Shown here: positions 18,980-28,006 of the stretch, in pieces
Position numbering within the stretch: position 1 is the stretch's first letter
Layout of the letters: the number at the start of each line of letters is the position of its first letter
IMG/VR virus record: IMGVR_UViG_3300005517_000020
Coordinates: 1-34,500 of that record
DNA length: 34,500 bases
Strand: one strand, 5' to 3'
DNA from: a virus
Taxonomy: Duplodnaviria > Caudoviricetes
Program-made: the position numbers and the translations under genes
The notes under the pieces: generated by a model
Seen by the model: the letters and a program-made list of their open reading frames with translations, nothing else
What the model was told of the DNA's origin: nothing
Database searches by the model: none

Positions 18980-19474
18980 TTATTTTGCTTTATAATCTGA
19001 TACTAATAAGTTTCCTGTAAATATAGAATGGTTGTTAGCAACAGTAATATGTGCTAATCTTCCTTGGCAGGCCATTATTCCTAACGTATCAATATTAACC
19101 CAATTTTGTCCATCAAATATCTTATGCTCTTCAGCTTTAACTTTTACTAATCTATTATTAGGAATACCGTCTATTTCTGGTGCTTCATCTGTAAAATATC
19201 CTAATAATGTTTCTCCTTCTAAGCTTTCTTTTACAAAGATAATAGAGTCAATTGTTAGTACTTGTGGTAGGTAATTTATCTTTATACCCTGGTAGTACTT
19301 TTCGTAATCTACATCTGGATCTATTTCTACAGAAACTATCTCAGATACTTCAAATAAAGCCTCTTCTGTATTATACGTAATAATAGATTCTCCTGGTTGT
19401 AATTCTTCTAATGTTTTTCGAACAGATCCAAGATCTACTGAAGCGTCAAAAGCTAATGTGTATTTAGTTGCCAT
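18980..19474 (-). CDS. Stand-alone Hint (intein-fold) domain protein, catalytically degenerate
   Basis: KTLEELQPGESIITYN is block A-like and HITVANNHSIFTGNLLVSD is block F/G-like. It lacks the N-terminal Cys/Ser, the TxxH His and the terminal HN. Confidence 0.65.
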   Translation of the reverse strand: MATKYTLAFDASVDLGSVRKTLEELQPGESIITYNTEEALFEVSEIVSVEIDPDVDYEKYYQGIKINYLPQVLTIDSIIFVKESLEGETLLGYFTDEAPEIDGIPNNRLVKVKAEEHKIFDGQNWVNIDTLGIMACQGRLAHITVANNHSIFTGNLLVSDYKAK

Positions 19475-19490
19475 TTCTTAAATATTTTTA

Positions 19491-19498
19491 TATAAATA
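19491..19498 (-). promoter_or_regulatory. TATTTATA motif (putative late promoter) upstream of Hint-ugd
   Basis: In a 26-nt gap, 16 nt upstream of the ATG. Confidence 0.55.
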
Positions 19499-19500
19499 GG

Positions 19501-20430
19501 TTAAATTAGTTTAGTACTTTTATTAGCTGTTCTCTTCTCAGAAAAAGTAGTTACGTGTTCTAAAATTTGATTAGCAAAATGTTGATTACTTAACGGCCCT
19601 GGATGTTGTCCGTCTCTAGCAAAGCCATCTTTTATTCCTTTGTGGTTTTCTAAAAATTCATAATACGGTAACAGTTGCTTTTTAGTTAGGTAGTTATCTT
19701 TTAGGTATCCATATAGTCGAAAATCCCATGTACTAAAATAAGTCTCTATATTCTTAGATTGTGCGATTGCATCTATATGCGAAACTGCTCTTACAGCGTT
19801 ATAAATTTGCGTCTCTTCTGTAGCAAACGTATAATACTCTTCCCATTTCTGTAATACAAGCCCGTGTGGGCTAACATTCGGTATAAAGTTATGAAAACTT
19901 GTTCCTAGCTTATTTACATGTTCCGGGTATTCTTCTCTCCAATGTGTAGGTAGTAAAAATATTGCAATATCAATTGTATATACATCTGTAAGTAGCTTAA
20001 ATAGTTTCAAAGCTTTTGTTATACTTCCTCCTGGATATCCTAAGTTAATCAGCTGGATAGGTTTATCTGTTTTAAGCTGCTTTTTTACTAAAGCGTGCCA
20101 AGTTGCTTCTTCGTCAATACCTACACCAAATGTAAAGCTACATCCAAATACAGCTATCTTTAAATGATCTGTATGAGGGGTGTTTATACTCCAATCACCG
20201 CGAGCTGCATAATCGTTTATATAGTAACGTACATCATCAAATTTTAACTGCGTTTTATTATCTTCGATTGCTCGGATTGTTTGAGTCTTTTCTGTATGAG
20301 ACGTAAAGTCTGTATACCTATTTAGTGATCCTTCTGCCCATGGGTTTAAAGTCATAATAGTTGTATACTCTTGTCTCATTACTTTACAAAAGTCCTTAGT
20401 TGTATCTAATTTCCAAACTATATCTTTCAT
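19501..20430 (-). CDS. SGNH/GDSL hydrolase-fold protein (esterase/acyltransferase)
   Basis: Block I FGCSFTFG, block II NLGYPGGS, block V DGQHP. Confidence 0.78.
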   Translation of the reverse strand: MKDIVWKLDTTKDFCKVMRQEYTTIMTLNPWAEGSLNRYTDFTSHTEKTQTIRAIEDNKTQLKFDDVRYYINDYAARGDWSINTPHTDHLKIAVFGCSFTFGVGIDEEATWHALVKKQLKTDKPIQLINLGYPGGSITKALKLFKLLTDVYTIDIAIFLLPTHWREEYPEHVNKLGTSFHNFIPNVSPHGLVLQKWEEYYTFATEETQIYNAVRAVSHIDAIAQSKNIETYFSTWDFRLYGYLKDNYLTKKQLLPYYEFLENHKGIKDGFARDGQHPGPLSNQHFANQILEHVTTFSEKRTANKSTKLI

Positions 20431-21704
20431 TAAAAGTAGGGCTTGTATTCTGGGTTAAGTTTTAAAAAGTCTTGATTTCTAACTTTATCTAAGTCTTTTG
20501 TTACTGTTATAAACCTATTAAAAATTTCAGGATTACCTTCTTTCTTATTCATAATATCTAGTAAAGACTCCCAACCAGAAAATGGTATACCGTATTTAGC
20601 TTCCATACTTCTACCGTACTTAGTTATCTTCTCAGTTGCTAGTTCTTTTAATTCTTTAGGTAGAGTCTCTAACGCATAATACATAGGATAGAAGACAGGG
20701 TTTATATGAAATCTACTTGTAAAGTAGTGGCTTGGATCGAAAGGATATTTTTCGTGAGGTTTCTTATGAATAGGTATTAAACCCATATCAAAAAACTCTT
20801 TATGCATCTGATCTATTCTAAATATATTCAAAAGGCTGATCGTTGGATGTAACCAGAAATCAATACCAGCTTCGTTTATCTTTATTAAGTTTTCTCTAGT
20901 CTTTGCCCATTTACCGTTATGTCTAACTAACTCAAAAAGATCTCCTGTTCCGTCAATAGATAGACTTAGGTGGACATGTTTAAATTTCTTCCAAATATCA
21001 ATTATGTTTCTTCCTTTATTCTCAAGCATTGTAGCGTTAGTAGAATACTTCAACTTAACGTCGTATAGGTTTCTTTCTTCAAGCATTTCAATAAGCTTCC
21101 AATGTTCCGGCATAATTAAAGGTTCTCCTCCTGCGAAGTGAATTTCCTTAGCTGTATGTATAGTTTCTTCTATATTATCCCAAAATTTATTAGCTCCATC
21201 TAAGTTAATTAAGCCTAAGTGTTCAGACTTGTCCCCAAACACCTGTACAAAGTCTTTAGTCCATGCTGTACTGAATAAAGGTGAACAAGTTCTACATGCT
21301 AGGTTACAGTAGTTGCTAAATCTAAAATCCCAGTATAGAAGTCTTAGTTCATCTATACTCCCATCTTCGTTTGTATTTTCAACTAAATCTTCGACTTCAT
21401 CAAACCAATGATCATTCATTCCAATACGCATACTTCCCATTCCGGATTTTTCCTTACTTACACATCGTGAGCAGGAAGAGGGAAGTGGTTTACCTTCTAG
21501 CATTCCTTTTCTCATCGACTTAGCTTTATCGCTATTCATAATTTCGAATAAGGAATTATTATTTACGTTACCTAGAGTAGACTGGTTATCTATAGGTGTC
21601 ATACAGCATGGATACGTTCTACCGTCATTTACTACGTGTAGGTGCATCCATAATGCAGAGCAGAAATGTTCTGATTTTTTATAATCTTTAACTGAATTGC
21701 TCAT
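20430..21704 (-). CDS. Radical SAM enzyme with N-terminal Twitch/SPASM-type domain
   Basis: CNLACRTC, FAGGEP, STN and SIDG. N-terminal FC...GRTYPCC...LGNV...CSRC. Confidence 0.92.
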   Translation of the reverse strand: MSNSVKDYKKSEHFCSALWMHLHVVNDGRTYPCCMTPIDNQSTLGNVNNNSLFEIMNSDKAKSMRKGMLEGKPLPSSCSRCVSKEKSGMGSMRIGMNDHWFDEVEDLVENTNEDGSIDELRLLYWDFRFSNYCNLACRTCSPLFSTAWTKDFVQVFGDKSEHLGLINLDGANKFWDNIEETIHTAKEIHFAGGEPLIMPEHWKLIEMLEERNLYDVKLKYSTNATMLENKGRNIIDIWKKFKHVHLSLSIDGTGDLFELVRHNGKWAKTRENLIKINEAGIDFWLHPTISLLNIFRIDQMHKEFFDMGLIPIHKKPHEKYPFDPSHYFTSRFHINPVFYPMYYALETLPKELKELATEKITKYGRSMEAKYGIPFSGWESLLDIMNKKEGNPEIFNRFITVTKDLDKVRNQDFLKLNPEYKPYF

Positions 21705-23034
21705 TGAGAGTTTGTTTTAATGTAAATACTTCTGCTCTACTAGCTTGTACCATATGTATGTAGTTATGTTCAAGTATGTGACACATTTCTCGTGTCATCT
21801 GTAATAATTCACCGTGGGTCTTATTAGCTAGATCTTTCATAATATCTATAATCTTTTCTAACCTCTTTGTAAAAGAGATTTCTTGATCATAAGACTCATC
21901 CCAAAATTCTCCAAATGTCTTGAAACCTAACTTCTGTAGCTCTTTCAAAGTACCAGGGTTACCGAATACTATAAAAGGTTGTAGACAGTATATAGGTTTA
22001 AAGATTTTCTCTGATAAAAAGATAGTATCTTCTTCAAATAATGTTTCTGTAAATACGTTTACAAATGTATTTAAGTGAAGTGTTTCGTTTAAATTAAATG
22101 CTAGGTTATATTCTAAGTTAGAATCTACAAAATAATCTTCCTTGTTGTCATACGTACTAAGAAACTCCATCCCTGCTTTTTTATCATGCTTATAGTTATC
22201 TGCTACAAAAGCATCGTATAGAGTCATCCAAGGGTTATTATATGTTTTAGCCCAGTCGTACTTATCTAAGTTTTGGTTAGGGTCTAAGCCACGTCCTCCC
22301 ATACTTAGTACTGATGTATCTCGTAGTTGTGGGTTCTTTGCTATTTCTGTAAAGAGAGCAATCCTATGAGTTCTTGGTCTTCTATTTAATGAAAGAAATC
22401 TTTTAGGTTTTGGGTATGCACCTATATACCTTCTTTTATCTTCAAATCCAATTCGAAAGAATTGATCATTACTTTCGTCTAAAAGGTCTTCCTTTATAAA
22501 CCATGGGTTGAGTAAAAAGTAGTTACAAGTTCGTACCGTAAAGAGTGCATTTTCTGGTTCTTCGTAATTCCATTTTAGGTTGTTAGAAAGCACTAGTATG
22601 TCCTCTTTTTTAAAATTATACTTTAATGCAAATTGGTTAATAGCATCAACTTCATTAAAATCTCTCTTCTTAAAATCTCCTTCAAATAGATGACTTAAAA
22701 GTATTGCTCCTTGTTTTTGCTGTACTGCTTTAACAAGTTTATCGCTAAGTTTATAGTACTTCTCATCACTTAGTTTATGAAAAGTAGTTTTATCTCTCAA
22801 TAAAATTGAGTACATAAACTTCTCAGGACCGTTTATAAGGTTATCTACAGTGTCGTGTCCGAAATGATGTTCTTGGTAATCTAAATGTTTCTTAAAAAGA
22901 AAACCGTATACATTATACTTAGATAGTTCATTATAAGTTCTAGATAAATCTTCTGCCCCTACCATTCCATTTGGGAGAGGGTAAGGTTTTGGATATTCTT
23001 CTAAATCTACATACTTATCGAATGCAAACTTCAT
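21688..23034 (-). CDS. Putative glycosyltransferase (GT-B, distantly GT10-like C-terminal domain)
   Basis: FLSLNRRPRTHR and VFTET...FLSEKIFKPIYCLQPFIVFG resemble the GT10 nucleotide-sugar-binding EN....Y.TEK.....P motif. Glycan-locus context. Confidence 0.5.
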   Translation of the reverse strand: MKFAFDKYVDLEEYPKPYPLPNGMVGAEDLSRTYNELSKYNVYGFLFKKHLDYQEHHFGHDTVDNLINGPEKFMYSILLRDKTTFHKLSDEKYYKLSDKLVKAVQQKQGAILLSHLFEGDFKKRDFNEVDAINQFALKYNFKKEDILVLSNNLKWNYEEPENALFTVRTCNYFLLNPWFIKEDLLDESNDQFFRIGFEDKRRYIGAYPKPKRFLSLNRRPRTHRIALFTEIAKNPQLRDTSVLSMGGRGLDPNQNLDKYDWAKTYNNPWMTLYDAFVADNYKHDKKAGMEFLSTYDNKEDYFVDSNLEYNLAFNLNETLHLNTFVNVFTETLFEEDTIFLSEKIFKPIYCLQPFIVFGNPGTLKELQKLGFKTFGEFWDESYDQEISFTKRLEKIIDIMKDLANKTHGELLQMTREMCHILEHNYIHMVQASRAEVFTLKQTLNEQFS

Positions 23035-24653
23035 ATTAGCTTATGTTTTATACCTGGTCCTTTTGGATCAGATTCTTTCTTTAGTAAATCAATCAAGTCA
23101 ATCATATCATCTTGCTGTTGATTATCCGGTTCTATATACTCTTGTGATCCTGGGTTATGCCATTGTGGGTTTAGTATCCAACCTTCTTCTTTAGCTTTCT
23201 TTAAAACGTCATGTACGTATCTATTTGATTTAGCATCATCTCCGTCTATTACTTCTTTTAAAGCATCTAACTTAGTTTCTGGTATAGTATCCCACCATTT
23301 TTTAATTTCCGGGAATGCTTTAATTATATCCTTATTTCTTCTTACGTCGTACTGAAGATAAAAAGATTTAAAATCTCTTTCTCTACTTTCTAGTGATGAA
23401 GTAAAAGCATGACCTGTGTCTACTTGTTTAATATATTCAATCAACCTTAGTATACCGTCTCTCTCCATATCTAGTAATCCATTAGAACCACCTTTCCAAT
23501 TTGCTTCCAACCATTTTTCAATATGAGCAGCTCTCTCCATTCTAATATAGACTGGAAGTGTTACAATAGATTGAAAAGAAGGAAAACGTAATATGTTAAA
23601 AGACATGATAGCTGCATGAGCTCCATGCTTTGCTTTTAGCTTTATCATCTCATCCATAAACTCTGTGATTGAGAATAAACATAATCCGTTTATAGTCATC
23701 ATTACGTTTACAGACTTTACGTTTGCTTCTTCGTTAACTCGGTACATATTCTTTAACCAAGTTTCCCACTCAAGACCATATCTAATATATTCAGCTTGTA
23801 GTCCTGTTGCTTCACAAGAAGTATACAAACTAAAATCTTTAAAACTATGTGTAGATTCTATAAGAGCATCTAATAATTCTTTCTTCTGTCCTAAGTTTGA
23901 ATTTACTGCAAAAGGAACTTCACATTGTGGGTTACGTTTCCACCAATCCATTAACTTCCAAAAATCTGGAGACATAGTTGGTTCTCCGCCTGTTACTCTT
24001 AATTCTCTTAACGAGTATTGTAACTCTGCTTCCCACCATTTCCAAAAAGCTTCTATATAAGGGTTACCTTCGTTCTTTCTACCATAAGGCATTGCATGTC
24101 TTCCGTCATGTTGAAAAGCTCCTGCTCCATCAGATACTAAATTCTGATATGGACCAAACTTTTTAATATCGTTTTGCCAAGTAGTTGAAAAAGATGCATT
24201 ACAGTATGAACAGCCAAAATTACAATTAGGGTCAAAGGCAATCTCTAAAGTTTTTAAATCAACATCTTCTGTATACCCTAACTCACCTTTAGCTTGTTTT
24301 AGTTCTTCATCTGTATAGATAACTGATTTGTAAACTCTGTCAGATACTTTATCAGGTCCCATATCTTCTATCTTCCAACAGTATTCACACTCCTTAGGAC
24401 GCTCTCCTTCCATCATTTGTTTACGGATAGCTTTCTTATAGGTTGTGTTGTGAATTGCTTTGTAAGACTTAGCAACTTCCTCTAAAGGTATTTTATGTGC
24501 TGGTGGGTGATGACAACTTGCTGTCGTACCGTTACCTAGCCAGATGGTAGCATTGTACCATTTAGCGCCACAAAAAGATTGGGATAGTTTATTAATAACC
24601 CTTTCTCTATATTCTTGGAACGATTCCTCGTCCTTTTTTGCGAAAACTCCCAT
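23031..24653 (-). CDS. Radical SAM enzyme with N-terminal Twitch-type domain
   Basis: CNFGCSYC and VTGGEP. N-terminal FCGAKW...SCHHP...ECEYCW, plus a ~100 aa C-terminal extension. Confidence 0.92.
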   Translation of the reverse strand: MGVFAKKDEESFQEYRERVINKLSQSFCGAKWYNATIWLGNGTTASCHHPPAHKIPLEEVAKSYKAIHNTTYKKAIRKQMMEGERPKECEYCWKIEDMGPDKVSDRVYKSVIYTDEELKQAKGELGYTEDVDLKTLEIAFDPNCNFGCSYCNASFSTTWQNDIKKFGPYQNLVSDGAGAFQHDGRHAMPYGRKNEGNPYIEAFWKWWEAELQYSLRELRVTGGEPTMSPDFWKLMDWWKRNPQCEVPFAVNSNLGQKKELLDALIESTHSFKDFSLYTSCEATGLQAEYIRYGLEWETWLKNMYRVNEEANVKSVNVMMTINGLCLFSITEFMDEMIKLKAKHGAHAAIMSFNILRFPSFQSIVTLPVYIRMERAAHIEKWLEANWKGGSNGLLDMERDGILRLIEYIKQVDTGHAFTSSLESRERDFKSFYLQYDVRRNKDIIKAFPEIKKWWDTIPETKLDALKEVIDGDDAKSNRYVHDVLKKAKEEGWILNPQWHNPGSQEYIEPDNQQQDDMIDLIDLLKKESDPKGPGIKHKLI

Positions 24654-25237
24654 TATAACTTGTGTATAAAATTTAGGTTACCGGAAATATCAACAGACTT
24701 ATCAAATATAAACTCCTCAAAAGTATGATGAGATAGTACTCCTGTTATTCCTTTTAATATAAATTCATGAAGATCTAAACTTGTATAGTTTAGGTTAAAA
24801 TTGTTTTTAGGAAAATTACCTGCACCAAATATAATATGCGGGCTATCGTCTAAACCAAAAACCTTATTATCTAAATTAATCTCTTCAATTAGTTCCTTAT
24901 TAATAAATATTCTTAAATACTTATTTGGCTGATGTTCTACAGTTAGTAACACCTCTTCACCCACTTTAATTAGTGCGGGTAAGTTGATATAGGAGGTATC
25001 ATCTTCTGTCGTATATGCAAAAACCATTCCTTCTGAATGGATATCTAATCCTGTGTATTTAGGAAGTAGTGCAAATATTGTTTTTCTCTCTACTGGTTCT
25101 TCTCTTAAAGTAAACCTAAGATCAAATTCAAAATAACAATCTCCTCTTAGTATTCTATTCCCTGGATGTTCAGGAAAAGTATCACAGATACTACTAGGCC
25201 AAAATACCCACGGTTCTCCTGTTTTTAATTTTAGCAT
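24653..25237 (-). CDS. LamG/concanavalin-A-like beta-sandwich protein
   Basis: Beta-rich, with LRIFINKELI, IIFGAG and C-terminal SVDISGNLN, echoing the LamG inserts of the neighbouring GT7 proteins. Confidence 0.55.
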   Translation of the reverse strand: MLKLKTGEPWVFWPSSICDTFPEHPGNRILRGDCYFEFDLRFTLREEPVERKTIFALLPKYTGLDIHSEGMVFAYTTEDDTSYINLPALIKVGEEVLLTVEHQPNKYLRIFINKELIEEINLDNKVFGLDDSPHIIFGAGNFPKNNFNLNYTSLDLHEFILKGITGVLSHHTFEEFIFDKSVDISGNLNFIHKL

Positions 25238-26591
25238 AAAATTCTTTTAGTTCTGGGAATGTCTCTGAGAAGTTTGTACCTCTTCGTTTATCTAATTCGT
25301 CTACAAATATGACAAAGTCTTTTCTATTTCTTTCTATATCAAAATCATCTTCTGAAATAGCGTAGTCGTATATTCTTTTTATTTTTTGAATCTCTACGTT
25401 GGAAAATCCGTAATTATCTTTTGTAAATTCTTTTATACCGTAATATAAGGACTTTTCTGCAGACTTTAAAATTAAGTTTTTATGTTCCGGCTCTAGTATC
25501 TTAACAGATAAGTGTGTTGGCCATCTCAAGTAAGAAGTATCTAGCTGTAGAGCAGATACCCAGTATCTTTGTCCGTTAGCATGCTTCTTCTTCATCTCAA
25601 AAGTCTTATCTATTAACTCATCGTAACTAAATACAGAAAGTGCATTAAATGTTGCCATGATATTGATAGTAACTTTCGGTAAAGCAGTTAAGATCTTATC
25701 TACATTAGCCCAAAATTTATCATACTCTAATCCGTATCTTGTATATTCCGCTTGTGCTCCTTTAGCTTCTACTGAAGTAAAGATAGTAAGTTCTCTTACT
25801 TTATCATTTTCACAAAGGTCTTTAGCAATCTCAATAAACTTATCTATAAGATTATCCGGAACACCAAGGTTAGAGTTTATTGAAAGAGATAAGTTTGGAT
25901 TCTTATGATGGTGGTCTTGAATGTATTCTAAAACTTTAAAAGTATCTTTAGATAATAGAGGTTCGCCTCCGGTAATTCTAAAAGTATGTAAGTCCTTATA
26001 CAAGTCCGGCCACCATTTCCAAAATGCTTCTACATATGGATTTATATCAGAATGCTTATAAGGCATCTCTCCTCTTGCTTGTATATTGCTGATGTCGTTA
26101 AAATTGTAGCTAGTTGGGTATGCCCCGTGTTTCTCAATCTCTTCTACCCATTTGGATGAATACTGTGGGCCACAATAAGCACACTTGAAGTTACAGGTGT
26201 TTGAGAAAGATACTTCTACGTACTTTGGATTAAAATCATCTCTCCAGTGGCCGTCTTTTATCTTTTCAAACTGATCTATTGACCAAGGTTCTGAAGATTT
26301 AAAAACTCTATCAGAAAATGAATTAGAGCTCTCTTCTACTTTCCAGCAATAGTTACACTCTTCTGGTTTTCCTCCCTCTAGCATTTCTTTACGCTTCTGT
26401 TTTTTATAAGAAGTATTATGAAGTGCAGAAGGATTTCTTTCAACTTCTTTCAAAGGTATTTTATGAGGAGAAGGGTGGTGGCATGAATGCGTCATTCCCA
26501 TTCCTAAATGCATAGTAACTTGAGTCCATTTTGCTAAACAAAACCCGCATCCTACTCCGTCTAATTTATTTTTTACTTCTTGTAAACTCAT
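25194..26591 (-). CDS. Radical SAM enzyme with N-terminal Twitch-type domain (paralog of 23031..24653)
   Basis: CNFKCAYC and ITGGEP. N-terminal FCLAKW...SCHHP...ECNYCW. Confidence 0.92.
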   Translation of the reverse strand: MSLQEVKNKLDGVGCGFCLAKWTQVTMHLGMGMTHSCHHPSPHKIPLKEVERNPSALHNTSYKKQKRKEMLEGGKPEECNYCWKVEESSNSFSDRVFKSSEPWSIDQFEKIKDGHWRDDFNPKYVEVSFSNTCNFKCAYCGPQYSSKWVEEIEKHGAYPTSYNFNDISNIQARGEMPYKHSDINPYVEAFWKWWPDLYKDLHTFRITGGEPLLSKDTFKVLEYIQDHHHKNPNLSLSINSNLGVPDNLIDKFIEIAKDLCENDKVRELTIFTSVEAKGAQAEYTRYGLEYDKFWANVDKILTALPKVTINIMATFNALSVFSYDELIDKTFEMKKKHANGQRYWVSALQLDTSYLRWPTHLSVKILEPEHKNLILKSAEKSLYYGIKEFTKDNYGFSNVEIQKIKRIYDYAISEDDFDIERNRKDFVIFVDELDKRRGTNFSETFPELKEFYAKIKNRRTVGILA

Positions 26592-28006
26592 AGGGTTATA
26601 TTTAACATTTTAGCCCAAGGAGTTAATTTCTTTTCTTCTACTAGGTTATACTGTACTTGTTTTATTCCGTCTTCTTTGTAATTTACTTCTCCTTGTTGCA
26701 TCTGAAGTACGTAGCGTCTTTCATTAGCTGCTGTTGTATCCCCTTTTACAAATCTACCGTTTACAATTCCTTCATCAGGGTGTGGTAAGCATCTGAACTT
26801 ACCTTCAATTCTATAAGGTATAATTGAATTAGGTATTTTAAATGTTTCTTCTTTCTCTTCTACGCCATAACTCTCTACTGTTGTTCTAGGATAATCAGCA
26901 TCTAAGTTCAATACAAGATCGCCTTTAGGTAAATTTAGATGTATAGCTGCTACTTCAGCAGGGCTTAGAGCTCGTTTCCAAGCAAATACTTTGGCTATAT
27001 CACCTTTAAAATACTTAACAGGGTTCCCTTCTTCTAAAGAAGGAGTCATACCTAAGTATGCAGAGTTACTTCCGTAGCTTTTTAATTTACCTTCCCATTC
27101 TAATGGTGAAGGACTCCCGAAACCTCCTTTAGAGTCTACCTCAGTCCCATTTAAGTAAAAGTGAGCTGTCTTTGTGTTTTCATTTATAACTGCTGTAACC
27201 CAACTCCATTGGTTATCATATCTTTTAACCCACATGTAATTATGAGCATCAAAATTATTCCAAAAAGTTAGAGTCATAGCTCTAGAGTTATTAAAAGAGA
27301 TTCCGTAATCATATCCTGGTAATCTAAAGATAGGATACTCTACATACTTGTTATTGTGATCCCCTAGTAAAAAGATAGGATTCTTTTCTGGTTGCTGAAA
27401 TGCTCTTGTTAGTATTGAAATAGTATGACTACCTGTTGTCATTCCTCTCATCTCTCTATGAAAAGGAATCTTCATATAGGAATCTTCGCCATTAAATCTC
27501 CAGTACTTCTGTTTTAAAGGACGAGGTCCTAAATACGTATTTCTAGTAAGACCTTCTACATGACATCTCCAAAATAGATCATCATCTTCCATTCCCCAAT
27601 CCCAGTAGTTATTAGAATATCCATTTGTAGCTTCTACATGTTCTTTTGTAAATAAAACAGCTCCACCGAAGTACTCATGATACTTTAGCTGGTAATCCAT
27701 TTGTGATATTTTTGTTGCAATGTGACGTGGTCCGTTTTCTGGGTATGAATAGTCACAATCCTCTTCCGGGATCATATCAATGTCATGCCATACTATATAA
27801 TCACATCCGTCTTCAAATGCATGTTTAGCTGCAATATTTTTTGTAGCTCCTCTATTAAATAACTTATCATCTACCTGATGGCAGAAATACATTTGAAAAT
27901 CTATACCCTGTTCTTTCAAGTACTTGCCTACTTTAGGTACAAACTCCTGTAGGTGTAATTCTCTATTTCGGTAAGGAACACAAACTCCTAATTTATGTTT
28001 TATCAT
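26588..28006 (-). CDS. GT7 (beta-1,4-galactosyltransferase-like) glycosyltransferase with inserted LamG domain
   Basis: VPYRNRELHL, FNRG, WHDID, YFGG and NGYSNNYWDWGMEDDDL; then a LamG-like segment; then FRCLPH...DGIKQVQY. Confidence 0.88.
   Translation of the reverse strand: MIKHKLGVCVPYRNRELHLQEFVPKVGKYLKEQGIDFQMYFCHQVDDKLFNRGATKNIAAKHAFEDGCDYIVWHDIDMIPEEDCDYSYPENGPRHIATKISQMDYQLKYHEYFGGAVLFTKEHVEATNGYSNNYWDWGMEDDDLFWRCHVEGLTRNTYLGPRPLKQKYWRFNGEDSYMKIPFHREMRGMTTGSHTISILTRAFQQPEKNPIFLLGDHNNKYVEYPIFRLPGYDYGISFNNSRAMTLTFWNNFDAHNYMWVKRYDNQWSWVTAVINENTKTAHFYLNGTEVDSKGGFGSPSPLEWEGKLKSYGSNSAYLGMTPSLEEGNPVKYFKGDIAKVFAWKRALSPAEVAAIHLNLPKGDLVLNLDADYPRTTVESYGVEEKEETFKIPNSIIPYRIEGKFRCLPHPDEGIVNGRFVKGDTTAANERRYVLQMQQGEVNYKEDGIKQVQYNLVEEKKLTPWAKMLNITL

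Noticed and set aside
18980-19474. Active intein or mobile element
   Set aside because: No exteins, no endonuclease domain, and catalytic residues are absent.
1793-19498. Plus-strand TATAAATA read as true T4 late promoters
   Set aside because: They would point away from every gene and no plus-strand genes are supported. Antisense transcription cannot be excluded without data.
20430-26591. Radical SAM genes as QueE, MoaA or NrdG of known phage pathways (7-deazaguanine, anaerobic RNR)
   Set aside because: Lengths and N-terminal Cys domains do not fit, and partner genes (folE, queC, queD, dpdA, nrdD) are not in the window.
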